A stretch of 32,000 nt of DNA from Phycisphaera mikurensis NBRC 102666 (GCF_000284115.1 NC_017080.1:600001-632000); one strand, 5' to 3'; positions 18,734 to 27,658 are shown, counted from the stretch's first letter. The notes: generated by a model from the sequence alone, not told the origin. A program made the numbers and translations.

Positions 18734-19678
18734 TTGCACCGTCTCCCCGCCGCCTCGCCGCCCATGCTCCCCCGGACCCAACCCCGCGACGTCGACCTCG
18801 AACGCCGGCGCGAACGCTCGGCCCTGCACCGCAACCGCATCTACGCCGATCCCGACGGCGTCCCGCTGCTGCTGGACCTGTACCGGCCGCCGGCCGACGC
18901 CCCCGTGCCGGTGGTGGTCTGGCTGCACGGCGGGGGTTGGAAGAGCGGCTCGAAGGACCACTGCGTCGTCCGCTGGTTCGTGCGGTACGGCTACGCCGTG
19001 GCGGCGGCGAGCTACCGGCTGCTGCCCCGGCACCGGCACCCCGCCCAGGCGGACGACGCCCGCGCCGCGGTCCGCTTCGTGCGGGCCCACGCGGAGGAAT
19101 GGGGCGTCGACCCGCGGCGGATCACGCTCGGCGGCGTCTCGGCGGGGGCGTACCTCGCCTGCCTCGTGGGCGTCACGCCCGGGCCGCTCGCGGCGGCCGC
19201 CGGCCTCGACGCCGGCCGGCCCGACGGCGTCGTCGAGCCGGTCCTCGCCGCGACCCGCCGCGTCGACGACCGCGTCGAGTCGGTCGTCAACGTGTCGGGC
19301 TTCACCGACTTCCCCGCGCTGCAGGGCCTCCCCAGCCGGCGCGCCGGCAAGGCCAGCCCCGAGTCGGCGCTGCTGGGCGTGGAGCCGCGGACGGTGCCGG
19401 AGCGCCTCGCGGCCGTCTCGCCGCTGACCCACGTCGCCGCCGCCGCCGAGGCCGGCGTGCTGCCCCGCTTCGTGCACGCCCATGGGGAGGCGAACCGCGT
19501 GATCCCGCCCGACCAGGCCCGGCGGCTGCACGCGGCGGTCCGCGCCGCCGGCGGCCGCAGCAAGCTGCTGGAGATGAAGGGGTCCGGCCACGGCGACCCG
19601 CGGCTGCTGTCCGAGGCCGGGGCCCGCGGCCGCATCGTCGACTTCCTGAACCTCGCCGAGGCCTTGCCGGCCGCGTGA
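18734..19678 (+). CDS. Alpha/beta hydrolase, esterase/lipase-type
   Basis: VVVWLHGGGWKSGSKD (oxyanion HGGGW), DPRRITLGGVSAGAYLA (GxSxG), RFVHAHGEANRVIPPDQARRLHAAVRAAG, MKGSGHGDPRLLSEAGAR (candidate His). The start may be 18763. Confidence 0.85.
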   Translation: MHRLPAASPPMLPRTQPRDVDLERRRERSALHRNRIYADPDGVPLLLDLYRPPADAPVPVVVWLHGGGWKSGSKDHCVVRWFVRYGYAVAAASYRLLPRHRHPAQADDARAAVRFVRAHAEEWGVDPRRITLGGVSAGAYLACLVGVTPGPLAAAAGLDAGRPDGVVEPVLAATRRVDDRVESVVNVSGFTDFPALQGLPSRRAGKASPESALLGVEPRTVPERLAAVSPLTHVAAAAEAGVLPRFVHAHGEANRVIPPDQARRLHAAVRAAGGRSKLLEMKGSGHGDPRLLSEAGARGRIVDFLNLAEALPAA

Positions 19679-19731
19679 CCGTCGTTCAGACTGGGCCTAC
19701 CCTCCGGCCCCCGGCCGGCCGGGAGCCGCCC

Positions 19732-20235
19732 ATGAGCACCTTCGCCCGCTTCCCGAGCATCCCCCCGGCCTCCCCGGCCTCCCCGGCCGCCGCCGATCCG
19801 TCGCCCGCGGGGCCTGGGCGCCCCGCGCCCGCACGCCTGCGGCTGGTCGGCCGCCACGACGCCGCGCCCGGGCCCGCCGCGGCGCTCCCGCCCGAGCGGG
19901 TGAGCGAAGCCACCGACCCGCGCTGGGTGCTCGCCACCCGCACCGCCGCGCTGCTCGAGGGGCCGGTGCTCGTCCCCGAGAACCGGCGGCGGCTGCTCGC
20001 GGTGGGCGCGGCCGTGGGGCTGTCGCCCTTCGACACGGCGCTGGTCATCGCGATGGTCCAGGACCAGGCCCGCCGCGGCGTCCCGCTGCCGCACTGCCCC
20101 GCCGCCGCCGAGCCGCAGCTGCGCCACGTGCCCCGGCCGCGGGGCCGGAAGGTGCCGTGGCGCACCGTGGCCATCGGCTCGCTGCTCGCCCTCGCCGCGG
20201 AGGCGGCGCTGGCGGTCTGGTGGTTCACCGGGTGA
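19732..20235 (+). CDS. Small protein with a single C-terminal transmembrane helix, function unknown
   Basis: In-frame ATG at 19732 (MSTFARFPSIPPASPASP...). C-terminal VPWRTVAIGSLLALAAEAALAVWWFTG. Confidence 0.6.
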   Translation: MSTFARFPSIPPASPASPAAADPSPAGPGRPAPARLRLVGRHDAAPGPAAALPPERVSEATDPRWVLATRTAALLEGPVLVPENRRRLLAVGAAVGLSPFDTALVIAMVQDQARRGVPLPHCPAAAEPQLRHVPRPRGRKVPWRTVAIGSLLALAAEAALAVWWFTG

Positions 20236-20493
20236 CCCGGTGACCGCCGCCCGCCGCCCGCCGCCTTCCGTAGGTGCGTCTCGAGGTCGCGTCTGGAACC
20301 CGCTGGGCGTCGCTTGGCGGGAGGAGCCGCTGCCCGCTGTCGCTTGGGCCTCATCCGCATCCGCTGAACCTCGTGGGCGTTGGCACCCCCCATCGGATCG
20401 GCTTGTTCGCGCGGCTTGCCCGCCCGGATTGATCGGAGGTGGCGGATCCACCGTCTCCCGACGCGGCCGGGCGTGTGGGCTCTATCTTCGGCC

Positions 20494-21090
20494 ATGAGCC
20501 TGTACGGATCGAGCGTGGAGTACGGCCTGCACTGCCTGCTCACCCTGGTGCCGCTCTCGGAGGGCCCCGGCCAGCCGCCGGCGCTGCCCGCCAGCGACCT
20601 CGCCGACTTCCAGGGCGTCTCCCCGTCGCTGGTCCGCAAGGTCTTCACCAAGCTCGAGCGAGCCGGGCTGGTCGCCTCCGCCGAGGGCAAGGGCGGCGGC
20701 TTCCGCCTCGCCCGCTCCGCCTCGGACATCTCCGTGCTCGACGTCGTCGACGCGATCGAGGGGGACAAGCCGCTGTTCGATTGCAAGCAGATCCAGGGCA
20801 ACTGCGCCGTGCTCTCCGGCGACGTCGCCGCCGACGCCGCCCGCAGCATGTGCATGATCCACACGGTGATGCTCGAGGCCGAGCAGGCGATGCGGCGATC
20901 GCTGCGGAGCTACTCGCTCGCGCAGATGTCCAAGGGCATGACCGCCTCGATGCCGCCGCGCTACCTGCACAGCATGGAGAGCTGGTTCAACGACCGGCTC
21001 GCCGGGCGCCCCAACGCCCCGACGCTCGGCAACCGCTTCCTGCCCTCCGAGGAGGTCAAGACCAGCGCGAAGCGCAAGCGCCGGGCCTGA
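20494..21090 (+). CDS. Rrf2-family transcriptional regulator, possible Fe-S type
   Basis: MSLYGSSVEYGLHCLLTLVPLS, LADFQGVSPSLVRKVFTKLERAGLVASAEGKGGGFRLARSASDISVLDVVDAIEG, then three Cys (DCKQIQGNCAV...SMCMIH). Confidence 0.88.
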   Translation: MSLYGSSVEYGLHCLLTLVPLSEGPGQPPALPASDLADFQGVSPSLVRKVFTKLERAGLVASAEGKGGGFRLARSASDISVLDVVDAIEGDKPLFDCKQIQGNCAVLSGDVAADAARSMCMIHTVMLEAEQAMRRSLRSYSLAQMSKGMTASMPPRYLHSMESWFNDRLAGRPNAPTLGNRFLPSEEVKTSAKRKRRA

Positions 21091-21112
21091 GCGTCCGGCG
21101 GCGTCGGCGGCC

Positions 21113-22591
21113 TCAGCCCGCCGCCGTCGGCTCCAGCACCGCGTCGACGGCTCCGAGCAGAACGGCCAGGAGCCGGTCCGCCGTCGCCGCGTCGGTGTTC
21201 AGCGGCGGGAAGAGGTACATCGTGTCGACGAGCGGGCGGAGCAACGCGCCGCCGCGGACGGCCGCCCGGTAGACCGCGTAGCCCGTGCGGTCCGCGGGAT
21301 CCAGCGGGCCGCCGTCGGCGCGGCGGAGGTCGACGGCCGCCACCATCCCCAGCCGCCGGACGTGGGTGAGCGTCGGCCGGTCGGCCGCCGCCGCGAGCAG
21401 CCCGGCGTGCAGCCGGGCCCCCACGGCGTCGACGTTCTCGCGGACGCCCTCGGTCGCGTACGCGTCGAGCGCCGCGTGGGCCGCCGCGACCCCGAGCGCA
21501 TGGCCGGCGAAGGTGTTCGAGTGCAGGAAGGCCTTGCCCGTCTCGTAGCGGTCGTAGAAGAGCTCGTAGACCGCATCGGTCGTGACGACCATGCTCATCG
21601 GTCCGTACCCGCCGGAGAGCCCCTTGGAGAGCACGGCGAAGTCCGGGGCGGCGAAGCGCCCCGCCGATCGGTCGCGGGCGTCGGGCGGCGGCGCGAGGTG
21701 CGAGGCGAGCATCGGGCCCAGCCGCCCGAAGCCCGCGGCGATCTCGTCGGCGATGAGGTACACGCCGTTGCCGTCGGCCCATCGGCGGAGCCGCGTCAGC
21801 AGGTCCGGCGAGTAGAGCGTCATCCCGCCCGCCGCCTGCAGCACGGGCTCGTAGATGACCGCCGCGAGGTTGTGGCGGACGGCGTCCAGCGCCGCCTCCA
21901 CCGCGGGCCATTGCTCCGAGGCGTCGAGCCACCGCGGGTCGTCCGGCCCGGTGCGGGCTTCCGGCGCCGGCAGCTTCGTCACCGGCACCATCATCGGGCC
22001 GTGGGGGCTGACGTACAGGTCCAGGTCCGACACCGACATCGCGCCCGCCGTCTCGCCGTGGTAGCCGTTGCCCAGCGCCGCGAGCCGGGTCCGCTCCGGA
22101 CGCCCGCCCTGCTGCTGCGCCTGCAACGCCATCTTCAGCGCCACCTCCACGCCCGTGCTGCCGTTGTCGGCGAAGAAGCAGCGACCGAAGGGCCCCGGCG
22201 GCTTGCCCTCGGGCGCGTTGGGACCCCAGCGGTCGGGCCCGAGCCCGTTGCACGCGGCCAGCACCCGCTCGCACAGCGACACGATCGCCGGGCTCGTCGT
22301 GTTCGCCGTGATGACGTGCTCGTACGCCTGCGCCTGCGCCGCGACCGCCGCGGCCACGCCCCGGTGCCGGTGCCCCAGCGACTTGCACCACCAGCTGGAG
22401 ATCCCGTCGATCAGCCCCGAGCCGTCGGCCAGCGTGATCACGCTGCCCGAGGCCGACGCCACCTCCAGCGGCGGGAACGCCTCGTAGTCGTGCATCTGCG
22501 CGCACGGGTGCCAGAAGACCCGGTGGTCCCGGGCCTGAAGCGCCGTCCGCGGCGGCATCCGCGGACCGTCGGGGTTTTCAGCGTTTCTCAT
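21113..22591 (-). CDS. bioA: Adenosylmethionine--8-amino-7-oxononanoate aminotransferase
   Basis: DHRVFWHPCAQMHDY, DGISSWWCKSLGHRH, FFADNGSTGVEVALKMALQ, YLIADEIAAGFGRLG, VLSKGLSGGYGPMS (PLP Lys), HSNTFAGHALG. The real start may be the internal ATG near 22558. Confidence 0.93.
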   Translation of the reverse strand: MRNAENPDGPRMPPRTALQARDHRVFWHPCAQMHDYEAFPPLEVASASGSVITLADGSGLIDGISSWWCKSLGHRHRGVAAAVAAQAQAYEHVITANTTSPAIVSLCERVLAACNGLGPDRWGPNAPEGKPPGPFGRCFFADNGSTGVEVALKMALQAQQQGGRPERTRLAALGNGYHGETAGAMSVSDLDLYVSPHGPMMVPVTKLPAPEARTGPDDPRWLDASEQWPAVEAALDAVRHNLAAVIYEPVLQAAGGMTLYSPDLLTRLRRWADGNGVYLIADEIAAGFGRLGPMLASHLAPPPDARDRSAGRFAAPDFAVLSKGLSGGYGPMSMVVTTDAVYELFYDRYETGKAFLHSNTFAGHALGVAAAHAALDAYATEGVRENVDAVGARLHAGLLAAAADRPTLTHVRRLGMVAAVDLRRADGGPLDPADRTGYAVYRAAVRGGALLRPLVDTMYLFPPLNTDAATADRLLAVLLGAVDAVLEPTAAG

Positions 22592-22606
22592 CGACGGTCC
22601 GCGGAT
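22557..22606. repeat. Perfect 15 bp inverted repeat between aroD-aroE and bioA
   Basis: ATCCGCGGACCGTCG (22557-22571) and CGACGGTCCGCGGAT (22592-22606), 20 nt spacer. Confidence 0.85.
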
Positions 22607-22717
22607 CCGGGTCGTTCAAGCGGGAAGAGAAGTCGATCCGGCCCGCGACGCCGCGGGCTCGCGCGGACGCGGAGCAGGGGGCGGACGCCCACGCGGTCGG
22701 TGCGCGGCGGCACCCGC

Positions 22718-24304
22718 TCACCCCGCGTCCCCGGCGAAGCCCTCGATCGCGCCCGCCGGGTGCCCGGCGCCCCCGGATCCGAAGACGGCCTCCGGCGCCT
22801 CCACCCCCGTCCAGGCCTCGAACTGCGCCGCGGCTTGGGCGAGGAACATCGCGGTGCCGCCGGCGGTGACGCAGCCGGCGGCGGCGGCGTCTCGGAGCAG
22901 CCTCGTCTCCGGCGGCGTGTAGACGGTGTCGAAGACGACGGTGCCCGGGCCCCAGGAACCCGGCGGGTCGGGCAGCGGCGACGCGTCCGGGGCGGGGTCC
23001 TCGGCGGTCTCCATGCCGATGGACGTCGCGTTGATCCAGACGTCCGCGGCGCCGGCGGCCGCCTCCGCGAGCGGGGCGGCTTCCACGCCGAAGGCGGCGG
23101 CGAGGCTCCGGGCCCTCTCCACCGAGCGGTTGAAGACGGTGACCCGGCAGCCCGCGTCGGCGAAGCCCGCCACCACCGCACGCGAGACGCCGCCCGCCCC
23201 GAGCACCGCGACGGCCGCGCCGCGGAGGCCGACGCCGCCGAGCGCCCGCCGCACCACGCCCAGTGCCGCGTCGCAGTCGGTGTTCCGGACCGCCAGCGCC
23301 CCGTCCTCGCCCACGATCAGCGTGTTCGCCGCGCCAATCCGCGCGGCCAGCGGGTCGATCGTCGCGCCGCGTTCCTCCGCGAACCGCAGGAGGTCCGCCT
23401 TGTGGGGGATCGTCACCGAGGCGCCGCGGAAGCGCAGCGACCCGTGGTCCAGCCACGCCGACAGCGTCGCCTTGAGGTGCTCGTACCCGGCGGGGATCGG
23501 CATCGGCAGGTACACGCCGTCGAAGCCGCTCGCGTCGAAGCCGGCGTTGTGGAGGGCCGGGCTCTTGGAGTGGCCGACCGGGTCGCCGATGACGCCGTAG
23601 ACGCGGGTCGCCGGGCCGATGGCGTCCCAGCGGTAGAGGTCTCTGAGCTCCGCGATCGTCGGCTGCCCGGGCGCCGTCCCGCTCGCGCGATCGGCCGCGG
23701 CGAAGGTGACGAAGCCGCCGAACTTCCTCGCCAGCACCCGGGAGGGGAGCCCCGCGTCGCCCATGCACAGCGCGGCGGTGGGGGCCAGCCGCCGCTCGAT
23801 CAGCTCGAAAGCCTGCAGGTTGTCGCGCAGCGAGCGGGCGGCCCAGGCGGCCTTGAGCACGCGGACGCCGGGCGTGTCCGCCATTGCCAGCACGCGCCGG
23901 TCCAGATCGGCGGGGCGGCCGGCGAAGTCGTGCGTCGAGAGGATCAGCCCGCAGCGCGTGGCGGCGTCCTCCAGGTCGGCCCGCTCCCCCGCCGACAGCG
24001 CCGCCAGGCGGGCGTGCTCGAAGTCGAGATAGGCCGGCGGGCGCGGCTGTTGCGACAGGAACAAGAGCAGCCCGACCCGCAGGCTCTCCAGCCCCGAGAA
24101 GCCGCCGCCCTCGCTCGCGTGCCGGAGCGTCACGATGCACGGCAGCGATGCGTCGGCCACCAGCCGCGCCAGCGCGTCGCGGTCGTCGGTGAAGCGGTCG
24201 CAGCGGAACTCGACGAGGTCGGCTCCCGCCTCGGCCGCGCGGCCGCAGGCCGCGAGCGCGTCGTCGGCGTCATTCACCGTGATCGGGCAGCAGAGCAGCG
24301 TCAT
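22718..24304 (-). CDS. aroDE: Bifunctional 3-dehydroquinate dehydratase (type I) / shikimate dehydrogenase
   Basis: N-terminal type I DHQase: AGADLVEFRCDRF, YLDFEHARL, LILSTHDFAGRP, VRVLKAAWAARS. C-terminal AroE: VYGVIGDPVGHSKSPALHNAGF, GASVTIPHK, GAANTLIV, NTDCDAALG, AVLGAGGVSRAVVAGF, NATSIGM. Confidence 0.93.
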   Translation of the reverse strand: MTLLCCPITVNDADDALAACGRAAEAGADLVEFRCDRFTDDRDALARLVADASLPCIVTLRHASEGGGFSGLESLRVGLLLFLSQQPRPPAYLDFEHARLAALSAGERADLEDAATRCGLILSTHDFAGRPADLDRRVLAMADTPGVRVLKAAWAARSLRDNLQAFELIERRLAPTAALCMGDAGLPSRVLARKFGGFVTFAAADRASGTAPGQPTIAELRDLYRWDAIGPATRVYGVIGDPVGHSKSPALHNAGFDASGFDGVYLPMPIPAGYEHLKATLSAWLDHGSLRFRGASVTIPHKADLLRFAEERGATIDPLAARIGAANTLIVGEDGALAVRNTDCDAALGVVRRALGGVGLRGAAVAVLGAGGVSRAVVAGFADAGCRVTVFNRSVERARSLAAAFGVEAAPLAEAAAGAADVWINATSIGMETAEDPAPDASPLPDPPGSWGPGTVVFDTVYTPPETRLLRDAAAAGCVTAGGTAMFLAQAAAQFEAWTGVEAPEAVFGSGGAGHPAGAIEGFAGDAG

Positions 24305-24419
24305 GGTCTCATCCTCGCAGGCCGCCGCGTCCTGCGCGTCCGCGGCGCCCGGCTCGCACGACGACGCGGGGCGCGGGGCGGATCGCGGACGGCGCGGCGC
24401 AGAGGAGCCGTCCGGTGCA

Positions 24420-24929
24420 TCAGCCCGCGGCGGGCAGCCCGCTCACGCGACGCCAAGCCGAGAGCTGCCCGAGGTGGTAGCCCTCGTGGTGGATGAGGAG
24501 GTAGCCGAGCACGTGGCCCACCGTCGGGAATTTTTCTCGCCACCGCTCCACCGGCATCGGCCGCGAGGCCGCGTGCTCGTCCGCGGCGGACAGCAGGTCG
24601 GCGACGCGGGCGTGGCCGGCGTTCCACGCGGCGAGCAGCTCCGCCTTGTCCGGGTACTCCGCCGCTTCCGGCTTCGGCTGGCTGTTCATCCCGTAGCGGT
24701 GGTGCTTCGGGTCCTCGGGGGTCTGCCCATCGAGCAGCCCCGCCGCCACCGGCAGGTAGCAGTTGAGGTGGGCCAGGATCCAGGCGGGGTGGTTGACCGC
24801 GAGGCCGTCGGCGGGCGTGCCCGGCTGAGCGATCATCTGCTCTTCGTGGAGATCCTCCACCAGCTTCGCGCCCTTCTCGGCGTGCACGCGGAGCGGGAAG
24901 AGCAGCGTTTCGACGGGAAGGGAAGCCAT
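24420..24929 (-). CDS. DinB-like four-helix-bundle protein
   Basis: MASLPVETLLFPLRVHAEKGAKLVEDL, VNHPAWILAHLNCYLPVAAGLL, FPTVGHVLGYLLIHHEGYHLGQLSAWRR (conserved His positions). Start chosen at ATG 24929. Confidence 0.78.
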   Translation of the reverse strand: MASLPVETLLFPLRVHAEKGAKLVEDLHEEQMIAQPGTPADGLAVNHPAWILAHLNCYLPVAAGLLDGQTPEDPKHHRYGMNSQPKPEAAEYPDKAELLAAWNAGHARVADLLSAADEHAASRPMPVERWREKFPTVGHVLGYLLIHHEGYHLGQLSAWRRVSGLPAAG

Positions 24930-25302
24930 GGCCCGGAGCGTACGCCAACGCGGATGGCCTCCGCGGGGGGCTCGACGCCGCGCGATCGCTCGGCGGGGAG
25001 TCCGATGAGGCCTCACTCGATCCGCGGCGGCGAGCGAGCGGGGCCGCCGCGGCGGGAGCGGGAGCCGGAACCGGGAGAAGCGCAGCGACGAGCCCGCAGA
25101 AAGACAGGCGGGGTGGCTGTGGTTTCTCGGTGGACCACGGCGGGTGCGCCGCCCGCTCCAAGGCGGCGGATCCAGCGACCCCTTCATCGATGACGGGGCC
25201 CGATCGCCCGGCCGCCCGCGCGGCCACCGGAGGATCGGTTCCAATTCAGATCACGCTGCCAAAAAGGGAGCGATTGCGCGTGCGGGCGGCATCGTCCGCC
25301 AC

Positions 25303-25330
25303 TTGTTTATCGTTGTACATCTGGTACGCT
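25303..25330 (+). promoter_or_regulatory. Possible sigma70-like promoter for the PEP-CTERM gene at 25425
   Basis: TTGTTT (25303-25308), 16 nt spacer, TACGCT (25325-25330), in a locally less G+C-rich segment upstream of the ATG. Confidence 0.3.
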
Positions 25331-25424
25331 GCCCGGTGTCTGGCGCCCGGCCCCTCTGGCCGCCGCCGCTGTCGCCCCCAGTGGTGGGGCTCTCACCGCC
25401 GTTTCGGCCCACTCGGAGATTCTC

Positions 25425-26084
25425 ATGCTCGTTCGATCCTTCGCCTTCACCGCCGCGGCCGCCCTGCTGGCCGCTCCCGCTTCCGCCGTGGTCGTGGAGT
25501 CCTTCGAGGCCGGCGTGCCCGGCACCGGCCAGTCGAAGGGCTTCCAGTTCGTCGACTCCGGCGCCGGCATCACGGAGGGGACGCAGGCCGTCCGCCGCAC
25601 GATCAGCGGTGGGGCGGGCTTCGAGATCGGCCCGGTCTTCAACATCGACGGTGCGCCTGCGCCCGTCACCGAGATCACCGCGGAGGTGCACACGCTCGAC
25701 GCCCAGCCCAATGGCTTCCTGCAATTCGTGCTCGGCGCCGACTTCGGCGACACCGACTTCGCCTTCAACGCGCAGACCGACTACGTGCAGGTCAACGGGA
25801 GCAAGGAGCCCGGCGGCGTCGGCGGGAACTCCTTCGTGGGTTCGGGCACCGGCCAATTCACCATCACGTACACCGCGGCCCAGAACGCCACCTTCTTCAA
25901 CCGCGTGAACGCGGCGCTGCTCGCCGGCGACGCCTTCGACCTCGCCGTCGTCCTGAACAAGGCCGACGGCGCGACCGGCACCTTCACCGTGGACAACATC
26001 ACGGCGAACATCGTGCCCGAGCCGGCTTCGCTGGCCGTGCTGGGCCTCGGCGGCGTGGCGTTGCTCGGCCGCCGCCGCCGCTGA
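25425..26084 (+). CDS. PEP-CTERM sorting-domain protein
   Basis: N-terminal signal MLVRSFAFTAAAALLAAPASAVVV. C-terminal IVPEPASLAVLGLGGVALLGRRRR. Confidence 0.9.
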   Translation: MLVRSFAFTAAAALLAAPASAVVVESFEAGVPGTGQSKGFQFVDSGAGITEGTQAVRRTISGGAGFEIGPVFNIDGAPAPVTEITAEVHTLDAQPNGFLQFVLGADFGDTDFAFNAQTDYVQVNGSKEPGGVGGNSFVGSGTGQFTITYTAAQNATFFNRVNAALLAGDAFDLAVVLNKADGATGTFTVDNITANIVPEPASLAVLGLGGVALLGRRRR

Positions 26085-26246
26085 CCCCGGGACACCGGGT
26101 TGCAGGATCCGGTCCGCTCGCGGACCGCGTCTTCACACCGGCACGCGGAGCTGGATCGCGCGGCGGTCCAGCGGCCTCGGTGGGGGTGGGGCCGCGGCGT
26201 GGCGGAGCCGGCGGGCGGGTGTGCCGGCGATGCGGTCGCAACCTTC

Positions 26247-26921
26247 TTAGCCGAGCCGCCGCCGCCGCCCGGCCAGCGAAGCGACGCCCGCGAGGACCAG
26301 CGCCGCCGCCGCCGGCTCGGGCAGAACCTGCGCCGTGATCCCGTTGAACAGCACCAGGTTCTCCCGCGGCGTGGATGGATTGGTGAGCACGATCCGCACC
26401 AGCGTCTGGTGGAGGAAGGCCGTCGGCAGCGCGAGGAAGAGCTTGTCGATCCGCGCCGGACCGGGCTCCGCGTAGACCTCCACGCTGTTGGTGCTGCTGG
26501 CCCGCGTCGCCGCGGGGCCGGATCCAGTCCAGTCGCGCACGTTCGTCCCGGTCACCAGGTCGAACGTCGCGTCCGCGCCGCCATCGCCGAGGAAGCGGAC
26601 GCTCCCGCCCGGCCGGTTCGTCCGCCCGAAGCCGACGTTCACCAGCAGGTGGACCCCGTCGACCCCCCTCAGCCCGGGCCGCAGCTCCGCCGCCGGGCTC
26701 CCGCCCACCCAGATGTTGTTCCCCGCCCGTACCGGCAGCGTGAACGGCACGCCTCCGAGCACCACCGCACCCTCGGGCTCGCCGGCCAGGGGGCTGTTTC
26801 CGTTCGCGATCGCGTCGATCGGGATCGGCACGAACAGCGGCACCGCCCCCGCCGCCCCCGCGAGCAGGCACGCGGCGAGGCCGCTGAGGATCAGGCTCAA
26901 AGGGCGGCGCTGCGTCGTCAT
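26247..26921 (-). CDS. PEP-CTERM sorting-domain protein
   Basis: MTTQRRPLSLILSGLAACLLAGAAGAVPLF...; C-terminal VLPEPAAAALVLAGVASLAGRRRRLG. Confidence 0.88.
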   Translation of the reverse strand: MTTQRRPLSLILSGLAACLLAGAAGAVPLFVPIPIDAIANGNSPLAGEPEGAVVLGGVPFTLPVRAGNNIWVGGSPAAELRPGLRGVDGVHLLVNVGFGRTNRPGGSVRFLGDGGADATFDLVTGTNVRDWTGSGPAATRASSTNSVEVYAEPGPARIDKLFLALPTAFLHQTLVRIVLTNPSTPRENLVLFNGITAQVLPEPAAAALVLAGVASLAGRRRRLG

Positions 26922-27132
26922 GCTCTCGAAGCTCCTCCGGGTCCACCGCGGCGTGCCTCACGCATCGGCCAGCCGCCGGCCCCAGCGGGAAAACCCCCGA
27001 CGGCGGGCAAACCTACCCGATGCGCCCGATCCCGCCGAACCCCGAGGCCGTCGGAGGCTCGAACCGGTTGGTCGCCGCGTTCGCGGAGACGCGGCCCGCA
27101 GAGGCCCGGCTCAAACCGACGCCGAACCTGCC

Positions 27133-27658
27133 GCGATCCAGCTCCTTCGCGCACAAGCAGACAGAGCGGCGTCGCCGCTCAGCTCTCCCCGCCATGCTGG
27201 CCGCGATAGCTGCGTGGCGACGCCACGCTGTCCGCGTCGCGATGCAGCTCCTTCGCGCACAAGCAGACAGAGCGGCGTCGCCGCTCAGCTCTCGGAGCCA
27301 GCTTGGCCGCGCTAGCTGCGTGGCGACGCCACGCTGTCCGAGCCGCGATCCAGCATCTTCGCGCACAAGCAGACCGAGCGGCGTCGCCGCTCAGCTCTCG
27401 CAGCCAGCCCTTGGCCGCGCTAGCTGCGTGGCGACGCCACGCTGTCCGGGTCGCGATGCAGCTCCTTCGCGCACAAGGCAGACAGAGCGGCGTCGCCGCT
27501 CAGCTTTCGCAGCCAGCTTGGCCGAGTTAGCTGCGTGGCGACGCCACGCTGTCCGAGCCGCGATCCAGCTCCTTCGCGCACAAGCAGACAGAGCGGCGTC
27601 GCCGCTCAACTCTCCCTGCCAGCCTGGCCGCGTGAGCTGCGCGGCGACGCCACGCTTT
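27133..27658. repeat. Five tandem copies of a ~106-108 bp palindrome-rich unit
   Basis: Units start with GCGATSCAGC at 27133, 27239, 27345, 27453 and 27560. Each contains GCACAAG(G)CAGAC, an AGCGGCGTCGCCGCT palindrome and TGGCGACGCCA near TAGCTGCG or similar. Confidence 0.93.

Noticed and set aside
20437-20451. Short inverted repeat GGTGG-CGGAT-CCACC upstream of the Rrf2 gene as an operator
   Set aside because: Only 5 bp arms in a G+C-rich background; insufficient without comparative data.
21362-24496. 1044 aa + strand ORF
   Set aside because: Antisense to bioA and aroDE, both strongly supported; translation is Arg/His-rich noise.
27133-27658. Possible CRISPR array
   Set aside because: Contiguous 106-108 bp units with no unique spacers and no cas genes nearby.
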